The notes under the pieces: model-generated
Databases searched by the model: none
What the model was told of the DNA's origin: nothing
What the model saw: only the letters and a program-made list of their open reading frames with translations
Translations under genes and position numbers: made by a program
Shown: positions 26,014 to 35,122 of the stretch, piece by piece
Numbering within the stretch: the first letter of the stretch is position 1
Layout: every line of letters starts with the position of its first letter
Assembly: GCA_029940695.1 (NCBI GenBank)
Contig: JAPYUP010000003.1
Location: 14,100 to 78,099, forward strand
Origin: Candidatus Thalassarchaeaceae archaeon
GTDB lineage: Archaea; Thermoplasmatota; Poseidoniia; Poseidoniales; Thalassarchaeaceae
DNA length: 64,000 bases
Reading direction: 5' to 3'

Positions 26014-26223
26014 TCATAGAGACTGGTAGAGGAGCTGCGAGACCCAACTCACCATCATTATGATCATGAACCAACCCAAGGCGGCCTTGGCCCATCCCGT
26101 TGGTTCCCTCTTAGGCGGGAACGGGTCTATCCCGACGTCAATTGCATCAGCGATTATCTTGAGTTCTTCCTCGATGGTCTCGGGTGGCTTCATCGGCCTC
26201 ACGGCTCCGAGGTCGGGTCCCAT
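26014..26223 (-). CDS. Possible small C-terminally anchored membrane protein (69 aa).
   Basis: Hydrophobic C-terminal helix WFMIIMMVSWVSQLLY; overlaps the 3' end of the aldo-keto reductase gene by 25 nt; weak support. Confidence 0.25.
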   Translation of the reverse strand: MGPDLGAVRPMKPPETIEEELKIIADAIDVGIDPFPPKREPTGWAKAALGWFMIIMMVSWVSQLLYQSL

Positions 26224-27047
26224 CCTGAGACGTAAGACTCCTCGAGCGCGGCGAAGGCCTCCTCAGTTCCTGACAAATCCACCTCTAGCGCGGCTAGGTT
26301 CTCCGATATCCTGGCTGGGTTGCTGGACTTCGGTATCGTAACCGCGCCCGCGTCCAAGCACCACTTGATCGCCGCTTGCGCGGGCGTGCACCCGAGCGAG
26401 TCGGCGATCTCGGTGATTCCTCTCTCGGAGATCTTGTGTCCTCGGGCCAGTGGAGAGTAGGCCATCACCGTCGCTCCCACTCCCTCAGTGGCCGCACGCA
26501 GGGCCGGGCGCTGGAGCCACGGGTTGACCTCGATTTGGTTGACGGAAGGCATCACGTCGGCGTAGGACAGCATGGCGTCGAGGTGGTGCGCGCCGTAGTT
26601 ACTGACCCCGATGGAGCGCGTCCATCCGTTGGACAGGCACGCCTCCATGCCCTGCCAGACCGAAGCCCTCGCATCAGGGTCCTTCGGGGGCGAGTGCACG
26701 AGGTAGAGATCCATTTGATCGAGCCCGAGGTTTTCTAGGCTCTCCTGACAGCGCTGAATCGTGTTCTCGTAGCCAGTGGCATGAGGAGTTCTGAGCTTAG
26801 TCACGATGAACAGGTCTTCCCGAGGGAGGCCGGATTCACGAATCGCCTCGCCGACCTCGTGCTCGTTCCCATACGCCATCGCGGTATCTATCAGGCGATA
26901 GCCCTGCTCAAGAGCGTACAGCACCGAAGACTTGCACTCACCGGGATCACCCATCAGGTAGACCCCGAGCCCGAACATCGGCATCTCGGCCTCGTGGTGC
27001 CTATCGCCAGTGCTTGTGCTTGTGTTAGCAATTTTAACCGGGGCCAT
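26199..27047 (-). CDS. Aldo/keto reductase (AKR family, 2,5-diketo-D-gluconate reductase-like).
   Basis: AKR signatures are present: an MPMFGLGVY N-terminal motif, LIDTAMAYGNE, LYLVHSP and IPKSSNPARI. The track start at 27182 gives an atypical 66-aa extension. In-frame ATGs at 27047 (checked) and 26984 are more plausible starts. Confidence 0.75.
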   Translation of the reverse strand: MAPVKIANTSTSTGDRHHEAEMPMFGLGVYLMGDPGECKSSVLYALEQGYRLIDTAMAYGNEHEVGEAIRESGLPREDLFIVTKLRTPHATGYENTIQRCQESLENLGLDQMDLYLVHSPPKDPDARASVWQGMEACLSNGWTRSIGVSNYGAHHLDAMLSYADVMPSVNQIEVNPWLQRPALRAATEGVGATVMAYSPLARGHKISERGITEIADSLGCTPAQAAIKWCLDAGAVTIPKSSNPARISENLAALEVDLSGTEEAFAALEESYVSGWDPTSEP

Positions 27048-27193
27048 GGCCAGCTTAGGTTCGCTTTCGTATTCAATCGTTATTGTAGCGAGTTTGAAGC
27101 GCCGTACCTCATCGAGCGACCGTGAGCGAGTTGCCCGAAGGTGTTGAGTTCCCCCCTTCGGAAGTAACAACACCTCGTCCATCGGCTTCGGTG

Positions 27194-28666
27194 ATGCTCA
27201 GCAGGGAGCGCCCTGACGGGCACGAGGTCCTCCTCGGTCATCGCGTCTCGGAGCTGCCAACGTTCCCAGACCTGTGGTCATTTCCCGGAGGGGGAATCAG
27301 TAGGATCGACAGGAATACCGCCCAAGCACATCCTGAGTGGCTCTCGGAGCGCGGTGAAGACCGTCTCGCCACCATGGCCCTCCTGAGGGAGATGGTCGAG
27401 GAGATAGGCATCGCCCCGGACGGCAGCGGCGGCTTCGTCGAGGTCGGCGCAGACGTCAGGGATCTCGTCTGCGGCGACAAGTCCGGATGGCTCGAGGCGA
27501 TGGAGTCCGGCAGGCTCTCCGTGGAAGGTTTCCACTGTCAAGTGATTACGGAGAGGACCACACCCCCCCAGGCCCCGGCCCGCTTCCACAACCTGTTCTT
27601 CCACGTACCGATAGGAGACTCTGGCGTTCTTCCCAGCTTCCCGCCCGGACGCACCGAGTTCGACGAGTTTCGTTGGTGGAGGCCCGTGGACCTGCTCTCA
27701 TCTTGGGAGAGCAACGAGCTGCGCCTCCCACCGCCCATAATCACCTTGGTGCGCGATTTGATAGAGGCCATCGAGCACGAGGGTGATTTGCAGTCGGCTT
27801 GTGACTCGCTGGCCGCTGACCCCCCCTCTGGACGGCACAGGTTCGAGTTCGCCCCCGGCGTCGAGTGCATCCTGATTCCGACTGCCACCCTACCACCCGC
27901 GACCCACACCAACTGCTACGTCCTCGGAGAACGGGGCGGAGAGCGCGTGGTGGTCGACCCCGCGGCGAGGGACGACGAGGGCCTCGAGGAGCTTGAGTTG
28001 AAGGTCCAGGAGATATGGGATGATAGCAGCTCAATCACGGCCACCATCTTCACCCACAGACACCCCGACCATATCGGTGATCTGGCTCGCATCTCGGAGA
28101 TTTACGAAGCACCGATATGGGCCAGCGAGGAGACCCATGATTCGATTCCCAGCAGCACTCGCGACAATGTCCTCAGTGAGGGTGACTCGTTCGTACTCAA
28201 GGGGCAGAGCGGCGATGTCCGTTGGGATATCATAGGGAGCCCGGGGCACTGCCCGGGGCAGATCTGCCTAGTTAGCGATGCCGGGATAGTGTCCGGAGAC
28301 AACTGCTCGACCGTCGGTACCATCTTGGTGCCTTCGGGCGAGGGTGACATGGGGGCATACATCTCCGGTCTCGAGAGGCTCCGCGCTCTGAAGCCCAAGG
28401 TCCTCTTTCCTGGACACGGTCCCCTGGTTGCTAATCCGGAGAGGCTCCTGACACAATACATCGAGCACCGCAAGGCGAGGCACCGGAGGATTCTGGAGGC
28501 GGTCAGGGAAGGAAGCTCAGACCTACTCAGCATCGCCGAAGCGGCCTACTCGGACAGCCCAGAAGCACACCCAATGCTTGCGCGGGACCAAGCGCTGTCA
28601 CATCTGAAAGAGCTACAGAGAACCGGTGACGTAAAACACGACGATAGTGGTTATACAGCAGTCTAA
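27194..28666 (+). CDS. Fusion protein with an N-terminal NUDIX-like hydrolase domain and a C-terminal MBL-fold metallo-hydrolase domain.
   Basis: A Nudix-like box (PGGG...GEDRLATMALLREMVEEIGI, with 9 rather than 7 residues before RE). The MBL motifs are THRHPDHIGD (HxHxDH), GSPGHCPGQ and FPGHGP. The track start is GTG at 27122; ATG at 27194 is the likelier start. Confidence 0.6.
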   Translation: MLSRERPDGHEVLLGHRVSELPTFPDLWSFPGGGISRIDRNTAQAHPEWLSERGEDRLATMALLREMVEEIGIAPDGSGGFVEVGADVRDLVCGDKSGWLEAMESGRLSVEGFHCQVITERTTPPQAPARFHNLFFHVPIGDSGVLPSFPPGRTEFDEFRWWRPVDLLSSWESNELRLPPPIITLVRDLIEAIEHEGDLQSACDSLAADPPSGRHRFEFAPGVECILIPTATLPPATHTNCYVLGERGGERVVVDPAARDDEGLEELELKVQEIWDDSSSITATIFTHRHPDHIGDLARISEIYEAPIWASEETHDSIPSSTRDNVLSEGDSFVLKGQSGDVRWDIIGSPGHCPGQICLVSDAGIVSGDNCSTVGTILVPSGEGDMGAYISGLERLRALKPKVLFPGHGPLVANPERLLTQYIEHRKARHRRILEAVREGSSDLLSIAEAAYSDSPEAHPMLARDQALSHLKELQRTGDVKHDDSGYTAV

Positions 28667-28724
28667 TCCGGGTCAAGATTGAAACATACCCTTCAATAGC
28701 ACGCAATGAAATTGGGGTCTTGCA

Positions 28725-30197
28725 GTGGCTGAGGATGATCAATGGTGGAAGAAGGACGAGGATTCTGACACCTCCAAGGAAGACGTCGAGGATTTGCTGA
28801 ATGAGGCTGAGGCCAAGCGCTTACGGCGAGAGGAAGAGTTGGCAGAGGCGGAGCATGAATTCAGGGTCTCCCAATTGAAGAAAAAAGCAAGGGACCTCGA
28901 GCCAGAAACAGTGACTGAGGACGGAAATGTGGAATTAAGGATCAAGGCCAATCATCATGACATGTTCTACGCACAGGGAACGATAAACGGACATCAAATT
29001 CAGTTTGTAATAGACACGGGAGCATGGGGCTGCTGCATGAGTCAGGAGACAGCCAAGCGCGTTGGATGCAAGGAAGGCGAGGAAGGTTGGAGTCAAACAG
29101 CCGCAGGGAGGGCTAGGCAATTCAAGACAATATCCAAAGAAGTCAGATTGGGAGAGATTGTCGTTCGCAACGTAGAGGGGAGCATACTTCCTGGCATGGA
29201 TTGGAAGAAAAATTCGGTAGTTGAAATTGTTGGTAATGATGGGTACAATAGCGAAGTTGCCCTCCTAGGAATGGATTTCCTGAAGCATCTCGATATGGAA
29301 ATTGACGATGGTGTGATGATCCTCAAGCAAACCAGAACTGAAATAGCCGCCCAAGAAAGAACCGAAATAGCCGCCCAAGAAAATAGGGGAAGTGGCGGAT
29401 CTGAACACTGGCTCCTTGAGGACCCCGGTTACACTATCGCAGCCGTTGTCCTCGCTTTCGGTCTCATTGCAACCGCCTTCACGGGAGTAATTGCTGCGGG
29501 AGGGGAAAAGGAATGGGCGGCCATGGAGGCCGAGGTTCTTGCGAAATACCCGGGATTCGACTGGGTGGAGCACGAGGACTGCTACACGGATGATTGGGGG
29601 GATGAATACTGTGACCTCTGGTACGAACTAGATTGCTGGGCCGACTTAGACGTCTCATACTCCGTTGACAATACCAGCTACTCCGCCGAAGTGGATCATT
29701 TTCCGATTACAATTTACGACGACTACACTGATGCGGAAGACGACTGTTTGGAATACGTCGAGAGTGGCACTATGCCAATAGGGAGTTTCGTTACACTGTA
29801 CTACAAAATTGAGGATCCCAGTGAAGTCCGAATTGATAGCGGGGATTCATTCTTTCCTTTCTTTTTCTGTGGAGTGATTCAACTTGCCCTTCTAATCATC
29901 GTGCTAGTAGCGGCTCGAATCGATGTAGGGGGGCCTAACGTGAATTTCTCGTTGGGCGGTCCCGGGTACTACGGCGACCCGAGTTACTACAATCGGCCTT
30001 GGCACAGGAGGCCATGGTTCCACCGCAGACGCCATCATCACCATCATGGACACCACAGAAGTAGCAGAGTCACTAGGAGCTCTGGTGGACGCAGGTCTGG
30101 TGGCGGTGGCCGATCCGGCGGTGGTGGCAGATCTGGTGGCGGTGGCCGATCCGGCGGTGGTAGTAGGTCCGGCGGTGGTGGAAGACGCGGCAGATGA
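28725..30197 (+). CDS. Membrane protein with a retropepsin-like (clan AA, DTGA) aspartic protease domain, an internal tandem repeat, a TM segment and a C-terminal His-rich plus (GGGGRS)n tail.
   Basis: FVIDTGAWGC (the D-T-G-A active-site motif) with a downstream hydrophobic-Gly pattern (LLGMDFL). Tandem RTEIAAQE x2. Hydrophobic helices at about aa 235-255 and about 380-400. The tail is HHHHHGHH then GGRRSGGGGRSGGGGRSGGGGRSGGGSRSGGGGRRGR. GTG start. Confidence 0.6.
   Translation: MAEDDQWWKKDEDSDTSKEDVEDLLNEAEAKRLRREEELAEAEHEFRVSQLKKKARDLEPETVTEDGNVELRIKANHHDMFYAQGTINGHQIQFVIDTGAWGCCMSQETAKRVGCKEGEEGWSQTAAGRARQFKTISKEVRLGEIVVRNVEGSILPGMDWKKNSVVEIVGNDGYNSEVALLGMDFLKHLDMEIDDGVMILKQTRTEIAAQERTEIAAQENRGSGGSEHWLLEDPGYTIAAVVLAFGLIATAFTGVIAAGGEKEWAAMEAEVLAKYPGFDWVEHEDCYTDDWGDEYCDLWYELDCWADLDVSYSVDNTSYSAEVDHFPITIYDDYTDAEDDCLEYVESGTMPIGSFVTLYYKIEDPSEVRIDSGDSFFPFFFCGVIQLALLIIVLVAARIDVGGPNVNFSLGGPGYYGDPSYYNRPWHRRPWFHRRRHHHHHGHHRSSRVTRSSGGRRSGGGGRSGGGGRSGGGGRSGGGSRSGGGGRRGR
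29335..29385. repeat. Perfect-ish 24-nt tandem duplication agaac(t/c)gaaatagccgcccaagaa, giving RTEIAAQE x2.
   Basis: Read directly from the sequence. Confidence 0.7.
30090..30185. repeat. Tandem 15-18-nt GC-rich repeats encoding the (GGGGRS)n tail.
   Basis: ggtggcggtggccgatccggcggtggtggcagatctggtggcggtggccgatccggcggtggt... Confidence 0.7.
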
Positions 30198-30250
30198 CCC
30201 CGTATGGCTTCGGCAACGCTGAAATCCCAATCTTACTACGGGATTAGTAG

Positions 30251-31111
30251 ATGGACGACCTGTGGAGCGGCGCGCCTGTAATGGAAGGGGCCAGTGTGGA
30301 GGAAAGGTGGGTCGAGGTAGCGCCAGCAGTCTCCTTGAGAGTTCTCATCTGGAAACCGAACGATGCGGCTGCAGCTGGGCATAACCCAGTGGTGATGGTG
30401 CCTGGTTGGGGCTCCGTCTTCGAGGGCTGGAGGCCGCTGGTTACCGAGTGGGTCAAGCGCAGGCCACTGTATTACATCGAAACCAGAGACAAGGGTAGCG
30501 CGAGGATAGATCGCCCGGTCATGAAGTCTGACTTCCCCATGAAGAAGCACGGAAAGGACATCGCAGCGGTCCTCGAGGCGCTGGGCATCGACCAATCGGA
30601 GGTCGACTGGTACTCTTCATCGCTGGGCGCGACGCTATTGATTGACGCATACCAGAGGGGGGTGCTCGGAGGGCGAAGCTCGGTACTGCTCGCACCCAAC
30701 CCAGACTTCGACTTCCCCCTTTGGTCTCGTATCATGATTAACTTCCCGCTACCAATGTTCTTCTACCGACGCCTTGTAAATTTCGTCGCTTGGGTAGTTG
30801 ATAGGAGGACCAAGGAGGAGGGGCAGAAGATTCGCTACCGCAGGGCCCTGCTCGCCCAGAACGTCAGGCGCATGCTACTGTCAGCTAGGGTCAACCTCGG
30901 CTACAGCCTTCCAGCCGATCTTTCCGCAATTGAAGTCCCGTGCGCAGTCATGGCTGCCTCGTCCGACACCCTGCACGGCATTGACAAGGTCCATCAGGTA
31001 GTCGATGCAATGCCAAACTGCCTGCTCATAGAGGTGCCTTCGAACCAGTACGCGCATGAGCCCGATGTGCTTTCAGAGATTGAGGAATTCCAGTCCTCCG
31101 TGGCATTATAG
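30251..31111 (+). CDS. Alpha/beta-hydrolase fold protein.
   Basis: HGWG-like VMVPGWGS oxyanion region, a nucleophile-elbow-like YSSSLG, and a length of about 286 aa. Confidence 0.6.
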   Translation: MDDLWSGAPVMEGASVEERWVEVAPAVSLRVLIWKPNDAAAAGHNPVVMVPGWGSVFEGWRPLVTEWVKRRPLYYIETRDKGSARIDRPVMKSDFPMKKHGKDIAAVLEALGIDQSEVDWYSSSLGATLLIDAYQRGVLGGRSSVLLAPNPDFDFPLWSRIMINFPLPMFFYRRLVNFVAWVVDRRTKEEGQKIRYRRALLAQNVRRMLLSARVNLGYSLPADLSAIEVPCAVMAASSDTLHGIDKVHQVVDAMPNCLLIEVPSNQYAHEPDVLSEIEEFQSSVAL

Positions 31112-31161
31112 AGGGTTCTCGCAAAGCGATTGCCTGATGAAGGGCAGCCGAGCCGGCCGAC

Positions 31162-33312
31162 TTGAGCAGCATGCGTGAGCAGTCGTCGTCGTTCGATATC
31201 GCTCGCATTGTGCGTGAGCTTTCCGAAGTGGTCGGGGCTCGTGCACGCAAGGCCTACCAGCCGCACTACGAGCAGGTCGTTCTGCGGCTTAATCGTAAGG
31301 GGCTGCCATCGACCGATCTCGTCATCGTCGGGGGACGGCGCGTTTACACCTCCGGGCGGGACAGGCCGATGCCGTCGAAACCGTCCCAGTTCGCCATGGT
31401 TCTACGTAAACACCTCAACAACTCTCGGTTGGTCGCAGTCGAGCAGTACGGCTTCGACCGGATAATCAAGCTGACCTTCGAGCACGGTGGCGGACGCCTC
31501 AGTCTCATCATCGAACTGTTCCGCGACGGCAACGTGCTGCTGCTTGACAACGAAGGAGTCATCATCCAGCCTCTGACGCACGCCAAGTATGCCAGTCGCT
31601 CGCTCAAGAGGGGAGTCTCCTACACCCCCCCTCCCGAGACCGTGGACCCACGTCAGATGGACAGGGCGGAGCTTGACGAGCTGCTTGACGGCAGTGAGCA
31701 CGACCTCATCCGCACCCTCGCCGCCCGTGCTAACTTCGGGCGAATCTATGGGAGTGCGGCCTGCTCCATAGCGGGACTGGAGGAGAAGGCAGCCGCCAGC
31801 TCCTTGGACTCTGGGCAACGCGATGCGCTGGAGCAGGCCATCAAGTCGATGCTGGCAGAGCTGTCCGACGGCGCCGGCGCGATGATGTGGATGGTCGACT
31901 CGGAGGCTGTGGCGTCTTGGAACGGGGCCGACAACGAGGCCGACAGGGACTCTGCTTCGGTAGGAATCTCAGAAATCGCCCCGATTGACCTGTCCTACAT
32001 GGATGCAGGGATGATGGTCGATATCGGCACGCTCTCCCTTGCCTACGACGCCGTCTTCGGCTCTCACGACGCTGCTGCCTTTATTCGCCGAGAGGAGGAG
32101 CGGTTGGTCGACTCAGGAGATGCCGAGGTAGAGCAGCAAGCCAAGTTGGACCGTAGGGCTGCTCAGCAAACAGCGGCCATCGACAGGTTCCACGAGCGTG
32201 CCGCTATCACGCAGGAACTGGGCAAGGCCATTCAGGACAACTGGGGGCATGTAGAATCTATCCTCAGTCAGTTCAACGCGGCCATCGAGTCCGGGAGTTG
32301 GCAGGACGTCGCGGAGAAGATTTTCGATGTGCAGTGGATTGACAGCGCTGACCCAGCGAGGCGAACCATAGTCGCCTTCCTGCCCGACGAGGACGACGAA
32401 CCCGGTGCCAGCATCACTCTCGAGATCTCCAAGACCGTGCATCAGAATGCCCAACGCTACTTTGAGGAGGCACGCGTGCAGAAGAACAAGGCCAGGGGCG
32501 CTCAAGCCGCCTTGGCCGGCACCGAAGAGGCACTCGAAAAGGCCGAGAAGCGTGCTGCCAAGGATGCGGCCGCAGGTAGGCTACAAGCAAGGAAAAGAAG
32601 CAAGCGCTTCTGGTTCGAGAAGCATCGTTGGGCCATGCTTTCAGGCGGGCATCTAATTATTGGCGGAAGGGATGCGCGGGGCAACGACATCGTCGTTCGC
32701 AAACACCTGACCTCAAACGACCTATACGTCCACGCCGACTTGCACGGAGCGCCCTCGTGCTCTCTCAAACTCAAGGACGGTCTGTCACACGACCAGAACC
32801 CGTCCGAGGCAGTTCCTGAGGGAGTCACTTCGATGCAAATCGTTCAGAACCTGGGAGAGGGGCTCGAAGATGCGAGGGAACTCGCAGAGTCGTTGCACTC
32901 CGAGGCCGCACAAATTGCGGTCTGCTGGTCGAGGGCGTGGGGCGGCGGCGGTGCGGCTGCCACGGCGTTCCACGCTAGGCCGAGCCAGGTGTCGAAGACC
33001 ACAGAGACCGGGGAGTCGCTCGCTAGGGGCTCGTTCGTCGTGCGCGGCCAGCGCAACTGGCACCGAGACCGGCCACTCGAGCTCGCTATCGGCATGGCAG
33101 TGGTGAACGGCACCCCGATGCCCGTCTCTGGAACGCCTGCCACGATTTCGGAAAACTTCGAGCGCTGGGTGAGGGTCTCGCCCGGGCGCGAGAAGAAGGA
33201 GAGTGTCGCGAATCGTATTTCGAAGGCTACGGGCCTCGCTCACGACGATTTGCTCTCGTGCCTGCCCCCTGGCAACTGCGCGATAGAGGACCATGGGCTT
33301 ATTCAGTCCTGA
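31162..33312 (+). CDS. NFACT-family protein (FbpA/Rqc2/NEMF homologue; predicted ribosome-quality-control factor).
   Basis: NFACT-N-like N terminus (IVRELSEVVGARARKAYQPHYEQVVLRL, LIIELFRDGNVLLLD) and a DUF814/NFACT-R-like region (WFEKHRWAMLSGGHLIIGGRDARGNDIVVRKHLTSNDLYVHADLHGAPSC). Confidence 0.7.
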   Translation: MSSMREQSSSFDIARIVRELSEVVGARARKAYQPHYEQVVLRLNRKGLPSTDLVIVGGRRVYTSGRDRPMPSKPSQFAMVLRKHLNNSRLVAVEQYGFDRIIKLTFEHGGGRLSLIIELFRDGNVLLLDNEGVIIQPLTHAKYASRSLKRGVSYTPPPETVDPRQMDRAELDELLDGSEHDLIRTLAARANFGRIYGSAACSIAGLEEKAAASSLDSGQRDALEQAIKSMLAELSDGAGAMMWMVDSEAVASWNGADNEADRDSASVGISEIAPIDLSYMDAGMMVDIGTLSLAYDAVFGSHDAAAFIRREEERLVDSGDAEVEQQAKLDRRAAQQTAAIDRFHERAAITQELGKAIQDNWGHVESILSQFNAAIESGSWQDVAEKIFDVQWIDSADPARRTIVAFLPDEDDEPGASITLEISKTVHQNAQRYFEEARVQKNKARGAQAALAGTEEALEKAEKRAAKDAAAGRLQARKRSKRFWFEKHRWAMLSGGHLIIGGRDARGNDIVVRKHLTSNDLYVHADLHGAPSCSLKLKDGLSHDQNPSEAVPEGVTSMQIVQNLGEGLEDARELAESLHSEAAQIAVCWSRAWGGGGAAATAFHARPSQVSKTTETGESLARGSFVVRGQRNWHRDRPLELAIGMAVVNGTPMPVSGTPATISENFERWVRVSPGREKKESVANRISKATGLAHDDLLSCLPPGNCAIEDHGLIQS

Positions 33313-33917
33313 CTGCGTTCGCGCCACTCGGGCGCGGTAATTGCATACAGGGAGGCATCGACATAGTGATCGTAAAGCCACTCCCTTTCCTTTGTGATGC
33401 CTTCGAGGCGCATTCCCAGACGTTCGGCAATCGCTATGCTAGCGTAGTTCTCCACCGCGACCTCAAGAGCTCCCCTGTGCAGGCAAAGGTCATCGAAGCA
33501 GTGATCAAACAGCCTAGCGCAGGACTTAGTCACAATGCCTTTTCCCATTGACTCCTCCGAAATCCAGTAGCCGACGACGAACCCCCTGTTGTCCCAATCA
33601 ATCGAGTTGAGGGAGAGCGTGCCGACGATGTTGCCTTCAAGGAAGATGAGGTAAAAACAGTCTTCTCCATTCTCTCTCGTCTCTGCGATCCTGCGGATGG
33701 CAGCGGCCTCGTCTTCGACCGAGGTCACGTCATCAACCCAAGGTAACCACTTTCTGAGATAGTCACGATTCGTGTCCACATTTAGGAAGAGTTCGTCGGC
33801 GTCGCGCTCGTTGGGAACCCTCAGCTCGAGGTCGTCCTCGACCAACAGACTGTCGGCTGGGTCTGGGTGCGGTGCATCACGGTCCTGTCGCCAACCGCAT
33901 GGACCAGACATATCCAA
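33303..33917 (-). CDS. GNAT-family N-acetyltransferase (RimJ/RimL-like).
   Basis: GNAT core V.GY...ESMGKGIVTKSCARLFDHCFDDLCLHRGALEVAVENYASIAIAERLG. Confidence 0.75.
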   Translation of the reverse strand: MDMSGPCGWRQDRDAPHPDPADSLLVEDDLELRVPNERDADELFLNVDTNRDYLRKWLPWVDDVTSVEDEAAAIRRIAETRENGEDCFYLIFLEGNIVGTLSLNSIDWDNRGFVVGYWISEESMGKGIVTKSCARLFDHCFDDLCLHRGALEVAVENYASIAIAERLGMRLEGITKEREWLYDHYVDASLYAITAPEWRERSQD

Positions 33918-33991
33918 TACGGAGTCATTGGGACTTTTGAGGGATTCGTGTTCGGCGACAACGCTTCAAGTGCGGTACCGTATCGCAGGGT

Positions 33992-35074
33992 ATGGAAGAT
34001 AACAGGGGGCCGGGAAACTGGACCTATGGTGACTACCTGCAGATTCACGACCTGCTCAAACTACAAGGCGAGGACAGGGGAATAAACTCCGACGAGTTGC
34101 ATTTCGTCATCGTCCATCAGACCTTCGAGTTGTGGTTCAAGCAGGTCATCCGCGAGCTCTCCGAGGCTCGTGATATCTTGGACCAAATCCCGGTGCCCGA
34201 AGATGACATACCCAGAGCAGTGAACCATCTGACGAGGGTGACTGAGATTTTCCGACTGATGGCAAACCAGTGGTCGGTTCTCGAGACCCTTACCCCCCAG
34301 GGCTTCCTAGCATTCCGCGACGGACTAGGCACCGCGTCAGGCTTCGAATCGTTCCAAATGCGTGAGATCGAGATTGTACTCGGCCTCCAGCCGGACGACC
34401 GTCTAGGGGGCATGGACCCGATAGAGACATTCAGACGGCTGGCCGACCGAGGTGGAGATGATGCTACCGTGCTAGCACGTCTCGAGATGGCTATGGAACA
34501 AACTTCCTTGAATGAGGCGCTGATGAATTGGGTCGAGCGCACTCCGATAATGGGCTCCGCTTACGGCAGTGAGGGTGACAGTCAGGTGGTTCGGGACTAC
34601 ATCGAAGCGCACCTAGAGGGGCATCGTAATCTTGGGGAAGAGGCTGCCTCGAAGATGTCGGGGTGGGGCTCTCGCGACCCAGATGCTGTGAGAGCGCGAC
34701 TCGATGCATCCCAGGAATCAGCTGAGGGCTTCCTTTTGCCTGAGGGGGAGGTTGACCGTGCCAGAGCGGGTCTCTTGTTCATCGAGTCATATCGAGAGTT
34801 GCCATTGCTCACTTGGCCAAGGAAACTGATAGACACCATCGTGGAACTCGAGGAGTCGATGGTGAAGTGGCGGCACGACCATGCGAGGATGGTAGAACGA
34901 ATCATTGGACGCCGCACCGGCACTGGAGGAACCAGTGGGGTTGACTACCTCGATGCAACCTCCCGCTACCGGATCTTCAAGGACCTCTGGGCGGTGAGGA
35001 CCATCCTCGTGAAGCCACAGCAACGGCCAGCACTCAAAGAGGCGGAGTTCTACGGCTATTCTAGTGAGATGTGA
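33992..35074 (+). CDS. kynA: Tryptophan 2,3-dioxygenase.
   Basis: YGDYLQIHDLLKLQ, the heme-proximal region HFVIVHQTFELWFKQ, and a TDO-like length of 360 aa. Confidence 0.75.
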   Translation: MEDNRGPGNWTYGDYLQIHDLLKLQGEDRGINSDELHFVIVHQTFELWFKQVIRELSEARDILDQIPVPEDDIPRAVNHLTRVTEIFRLMANQWSVLETLTPQGFLAFRDGLGTASGFESFQMREIEIVLGLQPDDRLGGMDPIETFRRLADRGGDDATVLARLEMAMEQTSLNEALMNWVERTPIMGSAYGSEGDSQVVRDYIEAHLEGHRNLGEEAASKMSGWGSRDPDAVRARLDASQESAEGFLLPEGEVDRARAGLLFIESYRELPLLTWPRKLIDTIVELEESMVKWRHDHARMVERIIGRRTGTGGTSGVDYLDATSRYRIFKDLWAVRTILVKPQQRPALKEAEFYGYSSEM

Positions 35075-35122
35075 TGCGCCTATAATGCGACCCTTGAAGT
35101 TGTAAGCGCCTCTCGAAACGCT

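Noticed and set aside
32785-33381. 198-aa minus-strand ORF overlapping the 3' end of the NFACT gene and the GNAT gene region
   Set aside because: An alternate-frame Arg-rich shadow ORF; the GNAT gene (33303-33917) and NFACT gene account for the region.
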